Source: the human T2T-CHM13v2.0 reference genome, Homo sapiens. Taken from it: a stretch of DNA of 64,000 nucleotides. The translations under genes were made by a program, and so were the position numbers. Below the pieces are notes generated by a model. It searched no databases. It saw only the letters and a program-made list of their open reading frames with translations, and was not told the origin of the DNA. Numbering within the stretch: position 1 is the stretch's first letter; each line of letters begins with the position of its first letter. The stretch lies in assembly GCF_009914755.1 (NCBI RefSeq), contig NC_060939.1; one strand, 5' to 3'. Positions 15,053 to 27,000 of this stretch are shown here, piece after piece.

Positions 15053-18000
15053 ACTGCTCAATGGGAAGAAATTTTTACTGCTCTGTGATAAATGCACATG
15101 TCACAAAAGAGTTACTCAGAAAACTTCTTTCTATTTTTAATGTGAAGATATTTCCTTTTTCACCATAAGCCTCAATGCACTCGCAGATAGCCCTTTGCAG
15201 ATTCTACAAAAAGACTGTTTTGAAACTGCTCAATAAACAGAATGGTCAACCCTGTGAGACGAATGTGCACATCACAAAGAAGTTTCTCAGAAAACTTCCT
15301 TCTCAGTTTTATGTGAAGACATTTCCTTTTTGAACATAGGCCTCAATGCACTCCCAAATATAACTTTGCAGAATCTACAAAAAGACTGTTTCCAAACTGC
15401 TCAATCAAAAGAAAGTTTCAACTCTGTTAGATGAATGCACACATCAGAAAGTAGTTCCTCAGCAAGCTTCTCACTAGTTTTTATGTGAAGATAGTTCTTT
15501 TTTCAACATGGGTCTCAAAGCACTCAAAAATATCCCTTTGCAGACTCTAGAATAACAGAGTTTACAAACTGCTCAATGAAAAGAAATGTTTACATCTGTG
15601 AGATGAGTACACATATCTTAAAGCAGCTTCTCAGAATGCTTCTTTCTAGTTTTTATGTGAAGATATTTCCTTTTCCACCATAGGCCTCAACTTGCTGCTA
15701 AATATCCCTCTGCAGATTGTACCAAAAGACTGTTTCCAGACTGCTCAATCAAAACAAATGTTAAACTCTATGAGATAAATGCACACATCACAAAAAGTTT
15801 CTCAGGAAACTTTTGTCTAGTTTTTATTTGAAGATATTTCCTTATTCACCATAGGCCTCAAAGCGCTACAAATATCCCTCTGCAGATTCTACAAAAAGAC
15901 TATTTGCAAACTGCTCAATCCAAAGAATGTTTCAACTCTGTGTGATGAATGCACACATCCAAAGAAGTTTCTCAGAAACTTTCTTTATGGTTTTTCTGTG
16001 AAGATATTTCCTTTTTCAACATAGGCCTCAAAGCCCTCACAAATATCCCTTTGCAGATTCTACAAAAAGACTGTTTCTAAACCGCTCAACAAAAAGAATT
16101 ATTGAACACTGCCAGATGAATGCACACAGCTCAAAGAAGTTTCTCAGAATCCTTCAGTCTAGTTTTTATGTGAATATATTTCCTTTTTCACGATAGGCCT
16201 CAAAATACTCCAAATATCCGTTTGCAGAGTCTACAAAAAGTCTGTTTCCAAACGGCTCAATCAAAACACAGGTTCAACTCTGTGTGATGAATGCACACAT
16301 CACGAAGCTGTTTCTCAGAATGCTTCTGTCTAGTTTTTCACCATAGGCCTCAAAATGCTCACAAATATCCCTTTACAGATTCTACAAAAATACTTCTTCC
16401 AAATTGCTCAATCAAGAGAAAGGTTCAACTGTGTGAGATGTATGCACACCACAAAGAGGTTTCTCAGAAAGCTTCTTTCTAGTTTTTATGTGAAGATATT
16501 TCCTTTTTCACCATAGGCCTCAAAGCATTCACAAATATCCCTTTGCAGATTCTACAAAAAGACTCTTTACACATTGCTCAATCAAAAGAATGTTTCAACT
16601 CTGTGAGACGAATGCTCACATCACCAGGATGTTTCTCAGAAAGCTTCTGTGTAGTTTTTATGTGAAGATATTTCCTTTTTCACCATACACCTCAAAGGGC
16701 TCACAAATATCCCTTTGCAGATCTTACAAAAAAAGAGTTATCAATCTTCTCAATGAAAAGAAACAGACACATCTGGGAGATGAATGCACATATCACAAAG
16801 CAGTTTCTGAGAAATATTCTGTCTAGTTTTTATGTGAAGGCGTCTCCTTTTCCACCACAGGATGCAAAGTGCTCAAAATTGTCCTTTTGCAGATTCTACA
16901 AAAAGATTGTTTCCACACTGCTCATCAAAAGAAAGGTTCAACTTTTCTTTTGTGTGAGATGATTGCACACGTCAAAAAGTAGTTTCTCAGAAAGCTTCTA
17001 TTAAGTTTTTATGTGAATGTTTACTTTTTCCCCATGAGCCTCAAGGTGCTCACAAGTATCCACTTGAAGAATATTTAAAAAGACTGTTTCCAAAATGCTC
17101 AATCAAAAGAAAGGTTGAACTGAGTGAGATGAATGCACACATCACAAAGAAGTTTCTCAGAAACCTTCTTTATAGTTTTTATGTGAAGATATTTTCTTTT
17201 TCAACACAGGCCTCAAATTGCTCAGCAATATCCCTTTGTAGATTCTGCAAAAAGACTGCTTCCCAACTGCTCAATCAAATAAATGGTTGAACTCTGTGAG
17301 ATGGATGCACACATCTCAAAGAGGTTTCTCAGAAATCTTCTGTCCATTTTTTATGTGAAGATATTTCCTTTTTCACCATAGCACTCCAAGTCGTGACAAA
17401 TATCCCTTGCAGATTCTGCAAAAAATACTGTTTCCATACTGCTCAATCAAAAGAATGGTTCAACTCTGTGAGATGATTGCACGCACCACAAAGAAGCCGC
17501 AAAGAAAGCTTCTGTCTAGTTTGTATGTGAAGATATTTCCTTTTTCATCATAGGCCTCAAAGCACTCACAATTATCCCTTTGCAGATTCTACAAGAACAG
17601 AGTTTCCAGACTGATCATAGAAAATAAACGTTTACCTCTCTGAGATCAATGCTCACACCACAAAGCTCTTTCTAAGAAACCTTCTTTATACCTTTTATAT
17701 AAATATATTTCCTTCTTCACCATTGGCCTCAAAGCTCTCATAAATGTCCCTTTGCAGATTCTACAAACAGATGGTTTCCATACTAATCAATCAAAAGTAA
17801 GTTTCAACTTTGTGAGATGAATGCCCACATCACAAAGAGGTTTCTTGGAAAACCTCTCTCTAATTTTTATGTGAAGATATTTTGTTTTTCACCATAGGCC
17901 TCAAAGCACTCACAAATATCCCTTTGCAGAATCTACAAGAACAGTTTCCAGACAGATCAGAGAAAAGAAACGTTTACCTCTTTGAGATGAACGCATACAT

Positions 18001-21000
18001 CACAAAGCTCTTTCTGAGAAACCTTGTTTATACTTTTTATGTGAATACATTTCCTTTTTCACCGTAGGCCTCAAAGCACTCATAAATATCCCTTTGCAGA
18101 TTCTACAAAAAGAGTGTTTCCAAACTGTTCAATCAGAAGAATGGTTGAACTCTATGAGATGAATGCACATATCACAAAGAAGTTTCTCGGAAAGCTTCTG
18201 TCTAGTTTTTATTTGAAGATATTTCCTATTTCATCATAGGCCTCATACCATTCAAAAATATGACTTTACAGATTCTACAAAAATACTGTTTCCAAATTGC
18301 TTAATCCAAAGAAAGTTTCAAATCTGTGAGATGAATGCACACATCACAAGGTTTCTCAGAAAGCTTCTCTCTAGTTTTCATGTGAAAATATTTCGTTTTC
18401 ACCATAGGTTTCAAAGCATCACAAATATCCCTTTGCAGATTCTACCAAAACACTGTTTACAAACTGCCCAATCAAAAGAATGTTTCAACTCTGTGAGACG
18501 AATTCTCGCGTCTCCAAGATATTTCACAGAAAGCTTCTGTCTAGTTTTTATGTGAAGATAATTCCTTTTTCACCATAGGCCTCAAAGTGCTGACAAATAT
18601 CTCTTTGCAGATTTTACAAGAACAGAATTTCCAATCTGTTCAATGAAAAGAAATGGTTACCTCTTTGAGATGAAAGCACACATCACAAGGCAGTTTCTCA
18701 GAAATATTCTGTCTAGTTTTTATGCAAAAATAATTCGTTTTCCAACATAGGAAACAAAACACTAACGAATAACCCTTTGGAAATTCTACCAAATACTGCT
18801 TCCAAAATGCTCATCAAAAGAAAGGTTCACCTCTGTGGGATGAATGCACATATCAAAAAGATGATTCTCAGAAAGCTTCTATCTTGTTTTTATGTGAAAG
18901 TGTTTCCTTTTTCACCATGGGCCTCAAAGTGCTCAAAAATATCCCTTTGCAGATCCTAAAAAAGACTGTTTCCAAACCGCTGAGTCAAAGGAGTGGTTCA
19001 ACTCTGTGAGATGAATGCACACATCATAAAGAAGTTTCTCACAAACCTTCTTTATAGTTTTTATGTGAAGATATTTCCTTTTAACCATAGACCTCAAAGT
19101 GCTCACAAATATCCCTTTGCAGATTCTACAAAAAGATGGGTTCCCAACCGCTCAATCAAAAGAATTGTTGAACTCTGGGAGATGAATACATACATCACAA
19201 AGCAGTTTCTCAGAAATCTTTAGTATAGTTTTTACGTGAAGATACTTTCTCTTTCACCATAGGCCTCAAAGTGCTCAGAAATTTCCCCTTACAGATTCCA
19301 CAAAAAGACATTTCCAAACTGCTTAATCAAAAGAAAGTTTCAATTCTGTGAGATGAATGCACACATCACCAAGAAGTTTCTCAGTAGGTGATACTTTCTC
19401 TTTCACCATAGTCCTCAAAGTGACCAGAAATATCCCTTTACAGATTCCACAAAAGACGTTTCTAAACTGCTTAATCAAAAGAAAGTTACAATTCTGTGAG
19501 ATGAATGCACACATCACCAAGAAGTTTTTCAGTAGGCCTCTGTCTAGTTTTTATGTGAAGACAATATCTTTTTCACCACAGGGCTCTAGGCACTCAAAAA
19601 TGTCCCTTAGCAGATCCTACAAGAACAGAGTTTCCCAATTGATCAAGAAAAGAATTGTTTACCTCTGTGAAATGAATGCAGACATCAAAAAACAGTTTCC
19701 CAGAAACCTTCTTTATATTTTTCTGTGAAGATACTTCTTTTCCTGCATAGGCCTCAAAGTGCTAACAAATATCCGTTTGCAGATTCTTCAAAAAGACTGT
19801 TTCCAAACGGCTGAATTAAAAGAGACGTTCAAATCTGGGAGATGAATGCACATATCACAAAGAAGTATCTCAGAAACGTTCTTTATGCGTTGAATGTGAA
19901 GATATTTCCTTTGTCACAATAGGCCTCAAAGTGCTCAAAAATACCCCCTTTGAGATTGTACAAGAACAGAGTTTCCAGACTGATCGCAGAAAAGAAACAC
20001 TTACCTCTGTGAGATGAATGCACACATCACAAGGTTGTTTTTAGAAAACCTGCTTTATAGTTCTTATGTGAAAATATGACCTTTTCCACCATAGGATTGA
20101 CAGCGCTCCAAATATCCAATGGCAGACTCTACAAAAAGAGAGTTTCCAAACTGCTCAACAAAAACAAAGTCCAACTCTGTGAAATGAATGCCCACAACAC
20201 AAAGAAGTTTCTCAGAATGCTTCCGTCTATTTTTCAAGTGAAGATATTTCCTTTTCCACCATAGGCGTCAAAGCGCTCTAAATATCCACTTGCAGATTCT
20301 ACAAAAAGAGTGTTTCAAAACTGCTCAACCAAAAGAAAGGTTCAACTCTGCGAGCTGAAAGCACACATCACAAAGAAGTTTCTCAAAATGATTCCCTGTA
20401 GTTTTTATGTGAAGATATTTCCTTTTCCACAAGAGGCTGCAAAGCGATCCAAATATCCAATTGCAGATTCTACAAAAAGTGTTTCAGAACTGCTTAATCA
20501 AAATAAAGGTTCAGCTCTGTGAGTTTAATACGCACATCACAAAGAAGTTTCTCAGAATGCTTCTCGCTAGTTTTTATGGGAAGATTTATTCTTTTCCACC
20601 ATATGCCTCAAAGTGATCCAAATATCCACTTGCAGATCCTACAAAAAGAGTGTTTCAAAACTGCTTAATCAAAAGAATGGTTCAACTCTGTGAGATGAAT
20701 GCACACATCACAAAGAAGTTTCTACAAGTGTTTCTGTCTAGTTTTTATGTGCAGATATTTCCTTTTCCACTATAGGCCTCAAAGCTGTCCAAATACAAAT
20801 TTGAAGACGGTACAAAAAGAATGTATCCTAACTGCTCAATATAAAGATATGTTCAACTCGGTGAGTTGAATGCACACATCACAAAAAAGTTTCTCAGAAT
20901 GCTTCTGTCTAGTTTTTATGTGAAGATATTTCCTTCTCCACAATAGGTCTCAAAGCACTCTAAATATGCAACTGCTGATTCTACAAAAACAGTGTTTCAA

Positions 21001-24000
21001 AACTGCTCAATCAAAAGAAATGTTCAACTCTGTGAGATGAATGTGCACATCACAAAGTAGTATCTTAGAATGATTCTGTCTAGTTCTTATGTGAAGATAT
21101 TTCCTTTTCTATCATGGCCTCAAAGTGCTCCACATATCCACTTGCAGATTCTGCAAAAAGAGTGTTTCAAAACTGCTCAATCAAAGGAAAGGTTCAACTC
21201 TGTGAGGTGAATGCACACATCACGAAGAAGTTTCTCAGAATGCTTCTGTCTAGTTTTTATGTGAAGATATTTCCTTTTCCACCAGAGGCCACACAGCGCC
21301 TCAAATATCCACTTGCAGATTGTACAAAAAGAGTGTTTCAGAACTGCTCAATCAAAGGAAATGTTCAACTCTGTGAAATTAAGGGACACATCACAAGGAA
21401 ATTTCTCAGAATGCTTCTGTCTAGTTTATGTGAAGATATTACATTTTCCAGCAGAGGTCGCAAAGCTCTCAAAATATCCACTTGCAGATTCTAAAAAAAG
21501 ATTGTTTCAAAACTGCTCAATCAAAAGAAAGGTTCAACTCTGTGAGTTGAACGCACACAGCATAAAGAACTTTGTCAGAATACTTCTCTGTAGTTTTTAT
21601 GTGAAGATATTTCCTTTTCCACCGTAAGCATCAAAGCGCTCCAAATATCCACTTGCACACTCTATAAAAAGAGTGTTTCAAAACTGCTCAATCAAAAGAA
21701 AGGTGCAGCTCTGTGAGATGAATACACATATCACAAAGAATTTTCTCAGTATGCTTCTCTCTAGTTTTTATGTGAAGACATTTCCTTTTCCACCATAGAC
21801 CTCAAAGCGCTCCAAATATTCACTTGCAGATTCTACACAAAGAGTGTTTCAAAACTGCTCAGTCAAAAGAATGGATCAAGACAGTGACATGAATGCACAC
21901 ACCACAAAGAAGTTTCTCAGAATGCTTCTGTCTAGTTTTTAGGTGAAGATATTTCCTTTTACACCATAGACCTCAAACCACTCCAAGTATCCCTTTGCAG
22001 ATACTACAAAAAGAGCGTTTCAAAACTGCTCAATCAAAAGAAAGGTTGAACTCTGTGAGATGAATGCACACGTGAAGAAGAAGTTTCTCAGAATGCTTCT
22101 GACAAATATTTATGTGAAGATATTTCCTTTTCCACTATAGACTGCAAAGTGCTCCAAATATCCACTTGCAGATTCTACAAAAAGAGTGTTTCACTACTGC
22201 TCAATCAAAAGAAAGCTTTAACTCTGTGAGATGAATGCACACATAACAAAGAAATGTCTCAGAATGCTTCTATTTAGTTTTTATGCAAAGATATTGCCTT
22301 TTCCACTTAAGGCCACAAAGCGCTCCAAATATCCAATTGTAGGTTCTACAAAAGGAGTCTTTCAAAACTGCTCTATCAAAAGAAGGGTTCCATTATGTGA
22401 GTTGAATGCACACATCACAAAGAAGTTTCTCAAAATGCTTCTGTCTACTATTTATGTGAAGATATTTCCTTTTCCACTACAGGCCTCAAAGTGCTCCAAA
22501 TATCCATTGGCAGATTTTACAAAAAGAGTGTTTCAAAACTGCTCAATCAAAAGAAAGGTTGAACACTGTGAGTTGAATGCACACATCACAAAGAAGTTTC
22601 TCAGACTGCTTCTCGGTAGTTTTTATGTGAAGATATTTCCTTTTCCACCATAGGCCTTAAAGCACTCCAAATATCCATTTGCAGATTCGACAAAAAGAGA
22701 CATTCAAAACTGCTCAATCAAAAGAAAGGTTCAACTCTGTGAGTTGAATGCACACATCACAAAGAACTTTCTCAGAATGGTTCTCTCTAGTTTTTATATG
22801 AAGATATTTCCTTCTCCACTATAGGCCACAAAGCGCTCCAAATAACCACTTGCAGATTCTACAAAAACAGTATTTCAAAACTGCTCAATCAAAAGAATGG
22901 TTCAACTCTGTGAGAAGAAGGCACACATCACAAAGAAGTACCACAGAATGCTTCTGTTTAATTTTAATGTGAAAATATTTCATTTTCCACCATATGCCTC
23001 AAAGCACTACAAATATCCACTTGCAGACTATACAAAAAGGGTGTTTCAAAACTGGTCAATAAAAAGAAAATTTGAACTCTATGAGATGAATGCACATATC
23101 ACAAAGATGTTTCTCAGAATGCTTCTGTCTAATTTTTATGTGAAGATATTTTCTTTTCCCCTATAGGCCACAAAGGCCACAAAATATCCACTTGCAGATT
23201 CTACAAAAAGAGTGTTTGAAAACTTCACAATCAAAAGAAAGGTTCAACTCTGTGAGACGAATGCACACATCACAAGGAAGTTTCTCAGAATGCTTCTGTC
23301 TGGTTTATGTGAAGATATTTCCTTTTCCAACAGAGGCCGTAAAGCACTCAAAATATCCACTTGCAGATTCTAAAAAAAGGGCATTTCAAAACTGCTCAGT
23401 CAAAAGAAAGGTTCAACTCTGTGAGTTGAAAACACACAGCACAAAGAACTTTGTCAGAATGCTTCTCTTTAGTTTTTATGTGAAGATATTACCTTGTCCA
23501 CCATAAGACTCAAAGAGCTCCAAATATCCACTTGCACACTCTACGAAAAGAGCATTTCAAAACTGCTCAATCAAAAGAAAGGTTGAACTCTGTGAGATGA
23601 ATGCACACATCACAAAGAAGTTTCTCAGAATGCTTCTCCATACTTTTTATGTGAAGATATATCCTTTTCCACAATAGTCCACAAAGCGTTCCAAATATCC
23701 ACTTGTAGATCCTAAAAAAGTGTGTTTCAAAACAGCTCAATCAAAAGAAAGGTTCAACTCTGTGTGTTGAAGGCACACATCACAAACAAATTTCTCAGAA
23801 TGCTTCTGTGTAGTTTTCATATGAAGATATTTCCTTTTCCACCATAGGCCTCAAAGCGCTCCAAGTATCTAATTGGAGATTCCACAAAAAGAGTGTTTCA
23901 AAACTACTCAATCAAAAGAAAGCTTCAACTCTGTGAGATGAATGCACACATCACAAAGAAGTTTCTCAGAATGCTGTTGTCTAGTTTTTATGTGAAGATA

Positions 24001-27000
24001 TTGCCTTTTCCACTTAAGGCAACATTGCGCTCCAAATATCCACTTGCAGATTCTACAAAAGGAGTCTTTCAAAACTGCTGAATCAAAAGGATTCCACTCT
24101 TTGAGTTGAATGCACACATCACAAAGAAGTTTCTCAGAATGCTTCTGTGTACTATTTATGTGAAGATATTTCCTTTTCCACAATAGGCCTCAAAGCGCTC
24201 CAAAGATCCACTGGCAGATTTTACAAAAAGAGTGTTTCAAAACTGCTGAATCAAAGAAAGGTTTAACTCTGTGGGTTGAATGCACACATCACAACGAAGT
24301 TTCTCTGAATGCTTCTGTCTAATTTTTATGTGAAAACAATTCATTTTCCACCATAGGCTTCAATGTGCTCCAAATATCCACTTGCAGATTCTACAAAAAG
24401 AGTGTTTCCAAACTGCTCAGCCAAAAGAACAGTTCAACTCTGTGAGATGAAACCACGTATCACAAAGAAGTTTCTCAGAAATTTCTGTCTAGTTTTTATG
24501 TGAGAATATTTCCTATTTCATCTGTAGGCATCAATGGGCTGAGAAATATCCCTTCACAGATTCTACAAAAATACGGTTTCCAAACTACTCAATGAAAACA
24601 AATGTTCAACTCTTTGTGATGAATGCACACATCACAAAGAAGTTTGTCAGAATGTTTCTGTCTAGTTTTTATATGAAGATATTTCGTTTTCCACTATAGG
24701 CCGTAAAGTGCTCCAAATATCCACTTGCGGATTCTACAAAAATACGGTTTCCAAACTACTCAATGAAAACAAATGTTCAACTTTTTGAGTTGAATGCACC
24801 CATCACAAAGAAGTTTCTCAGAATGCTTCTGTCTAGTTTTTATGTGAAGATATTTCCTTTTTCACCATAGGCCTCAAAGAGCTCCAAATATCCATTTGCA
24901 GATCCTTCAAAAAGAGTGTTTCCAAACTGCTCAATCAAAGAAAAGTTACAACTCTCTGAGATGAAAGAACACATCATAAAGAAGTTTCTCAGAAAGCTTC
25001 TGCCTTGTTTTTATGTGAAGATATTTTCTGTTTCACCATAGTCCAGAAACGGCTCAAAAATAGCCCTTTGCAGATTCTACAAAAAGACTGTTTCCAAACT
25101 GCTGAACCAAAAGAAAGGTTCAACTCTGTGAGATGAAAGCACACATCTCAAAGAAATTTCTCAGAAAGCTTCTGTCTGGTTTTTATGAGAAGATGTTTCC
25201 TATTTCACCATAGGCCTCAATGGGCTGAAAAATATCCCTTTGCAGATTCTGCAAAAGGACTGTTTCCAAACTGCTCAATCCAAAGAAAGTTTCACCTCTT
25301 TGAGTTGAATGCACACATCACAAACAAGTTTCTCAGAATGCTTCTGCCTAGTTTTTATGTGAAGATATTTCCTTTTTCACCATATGCCTTAAACTGCTCT
25401 CAGATATCCCTCTGCAGATACTCCAAAAGGCTGTCTCCAAACTGCTCAGTCAAAAGTAAGGTTCAACTCTGTGAGATGAAAGGATACATCTCAAAGAAGT
25501 TTCTCAGAATACTTCTGTCTAGTTTTTATGTGAAGATATTTCTTTTTCGATATAGGCCTCCAACTTCTCAGAAATATCCCTTTCCAGATTGTACAAAAAG
25601 ACTGTTTCCAAACTGCTTAATGAAAAGAAACTTTCAACTCTGTGAGATGTATGCACGCATCAAAAAGAAGCTTCTCAGAAAGCTTCTGTTTATTTTTCAT
25701 GTGAAGATATTTCGCTTTTCACCATAGGCCTCAAAGCGCTCCAAATATCCATTTTCAGATTCTGCAAAAAGACTGTTTCCAAACTGTTCAATCAAAAGAA
25801 AGTCTCAAATCTGTGACATGAAAGCACACATCACTAAGAAGTTTATCAGAAAGCTTCAGTCTAGTTTTTATGTGAAGATATGTCCTTTTTCACCATAGGT
25901 ATCAATGGGAACAGAAATATCCCTTTGCAGATCCTACAAAAAGACTGTTTCCAAACTGCTCAACGAAAAGAATGGTTCAACTCTGTGAGATGAAAGCACA
26001 TATCACAAAGAAGTTTCTCAGAAATCCTCTGTCTAGTTTTTATGTGAAGATATTTCCTTTTTCACCATAGGCCTTAAACTGCTCTCACATATCCCTCTGC
26101 AGGTACTACAAAAAGACTGTTTCCAAACTACTCCATCAAAGGAAAGGTTTAACTCTCTGAGATGAATGGATACATCACAAAGAAGTTTCTCAGAATACTT
26201 CTGTCTGGTTTTATCTGAACATATTTCTTTTTCACCACAGTCCTCAAACTTCGCAGAAGTATCCCTTTGCAGATTGTACAAAAAGACTGTTTCCAAATTG
26301 CTCAATCAAAAGAAAGGTTCAACTCTGTGAGATGTACGTACTCATCAAAAAGAAGTTTCTCAGAAAGCTTCTGTTTAGTTTTAATGTGAAGATATTTCCT
26401 TTTTCACCATAGGCCTCAAAACGCTCCAAGTATCCATTTGCAGATTGTACAAAAAGACTGTTTCCAAACTGCTCAATCAAAAGAAAGGTTCAAATCTGTG
26501 AGATGAAAGCACATATCACTAAGAAGTTTTTCAGAAAGCTTCTGTCTAGTTTTTATGTGAATATATTTCCTATTTCCCCAGAGGCCTCAATGGGCTCACA
26601 AATATCCCTTTGTAGATTTTACAAAACGACTCTTTCCAAACTGCTCAATCAAAAGAAACTCTCATCCCTGTGAGATGAATGCACATATCAGGAAGAAGTT
26701 TCACAGAATGCTTCTGTCTAATTTTTATGTGAAGATATTTTGTTTTCCACTATAGGAATCAAAGTGCTCCAAATAGCCACTTACAGATTGTAAAAAAAGA
26801 CTGTTTCAAAACTGCTCAATCAAAAGAAAGGTTGAAGCCTGTGAGATGAATGCACACATCACAAAGAAGTTTCCCAGAATGCTTCTGATTTTTATGTGAA
26901 GATATTTCCTTTTTCACCATAGGCCTCAATACACTCCAAATATCCATTTGCAGATACTACAAATGACTGTTTATAAACTACCCAATCAAAAGAAAGTTCA

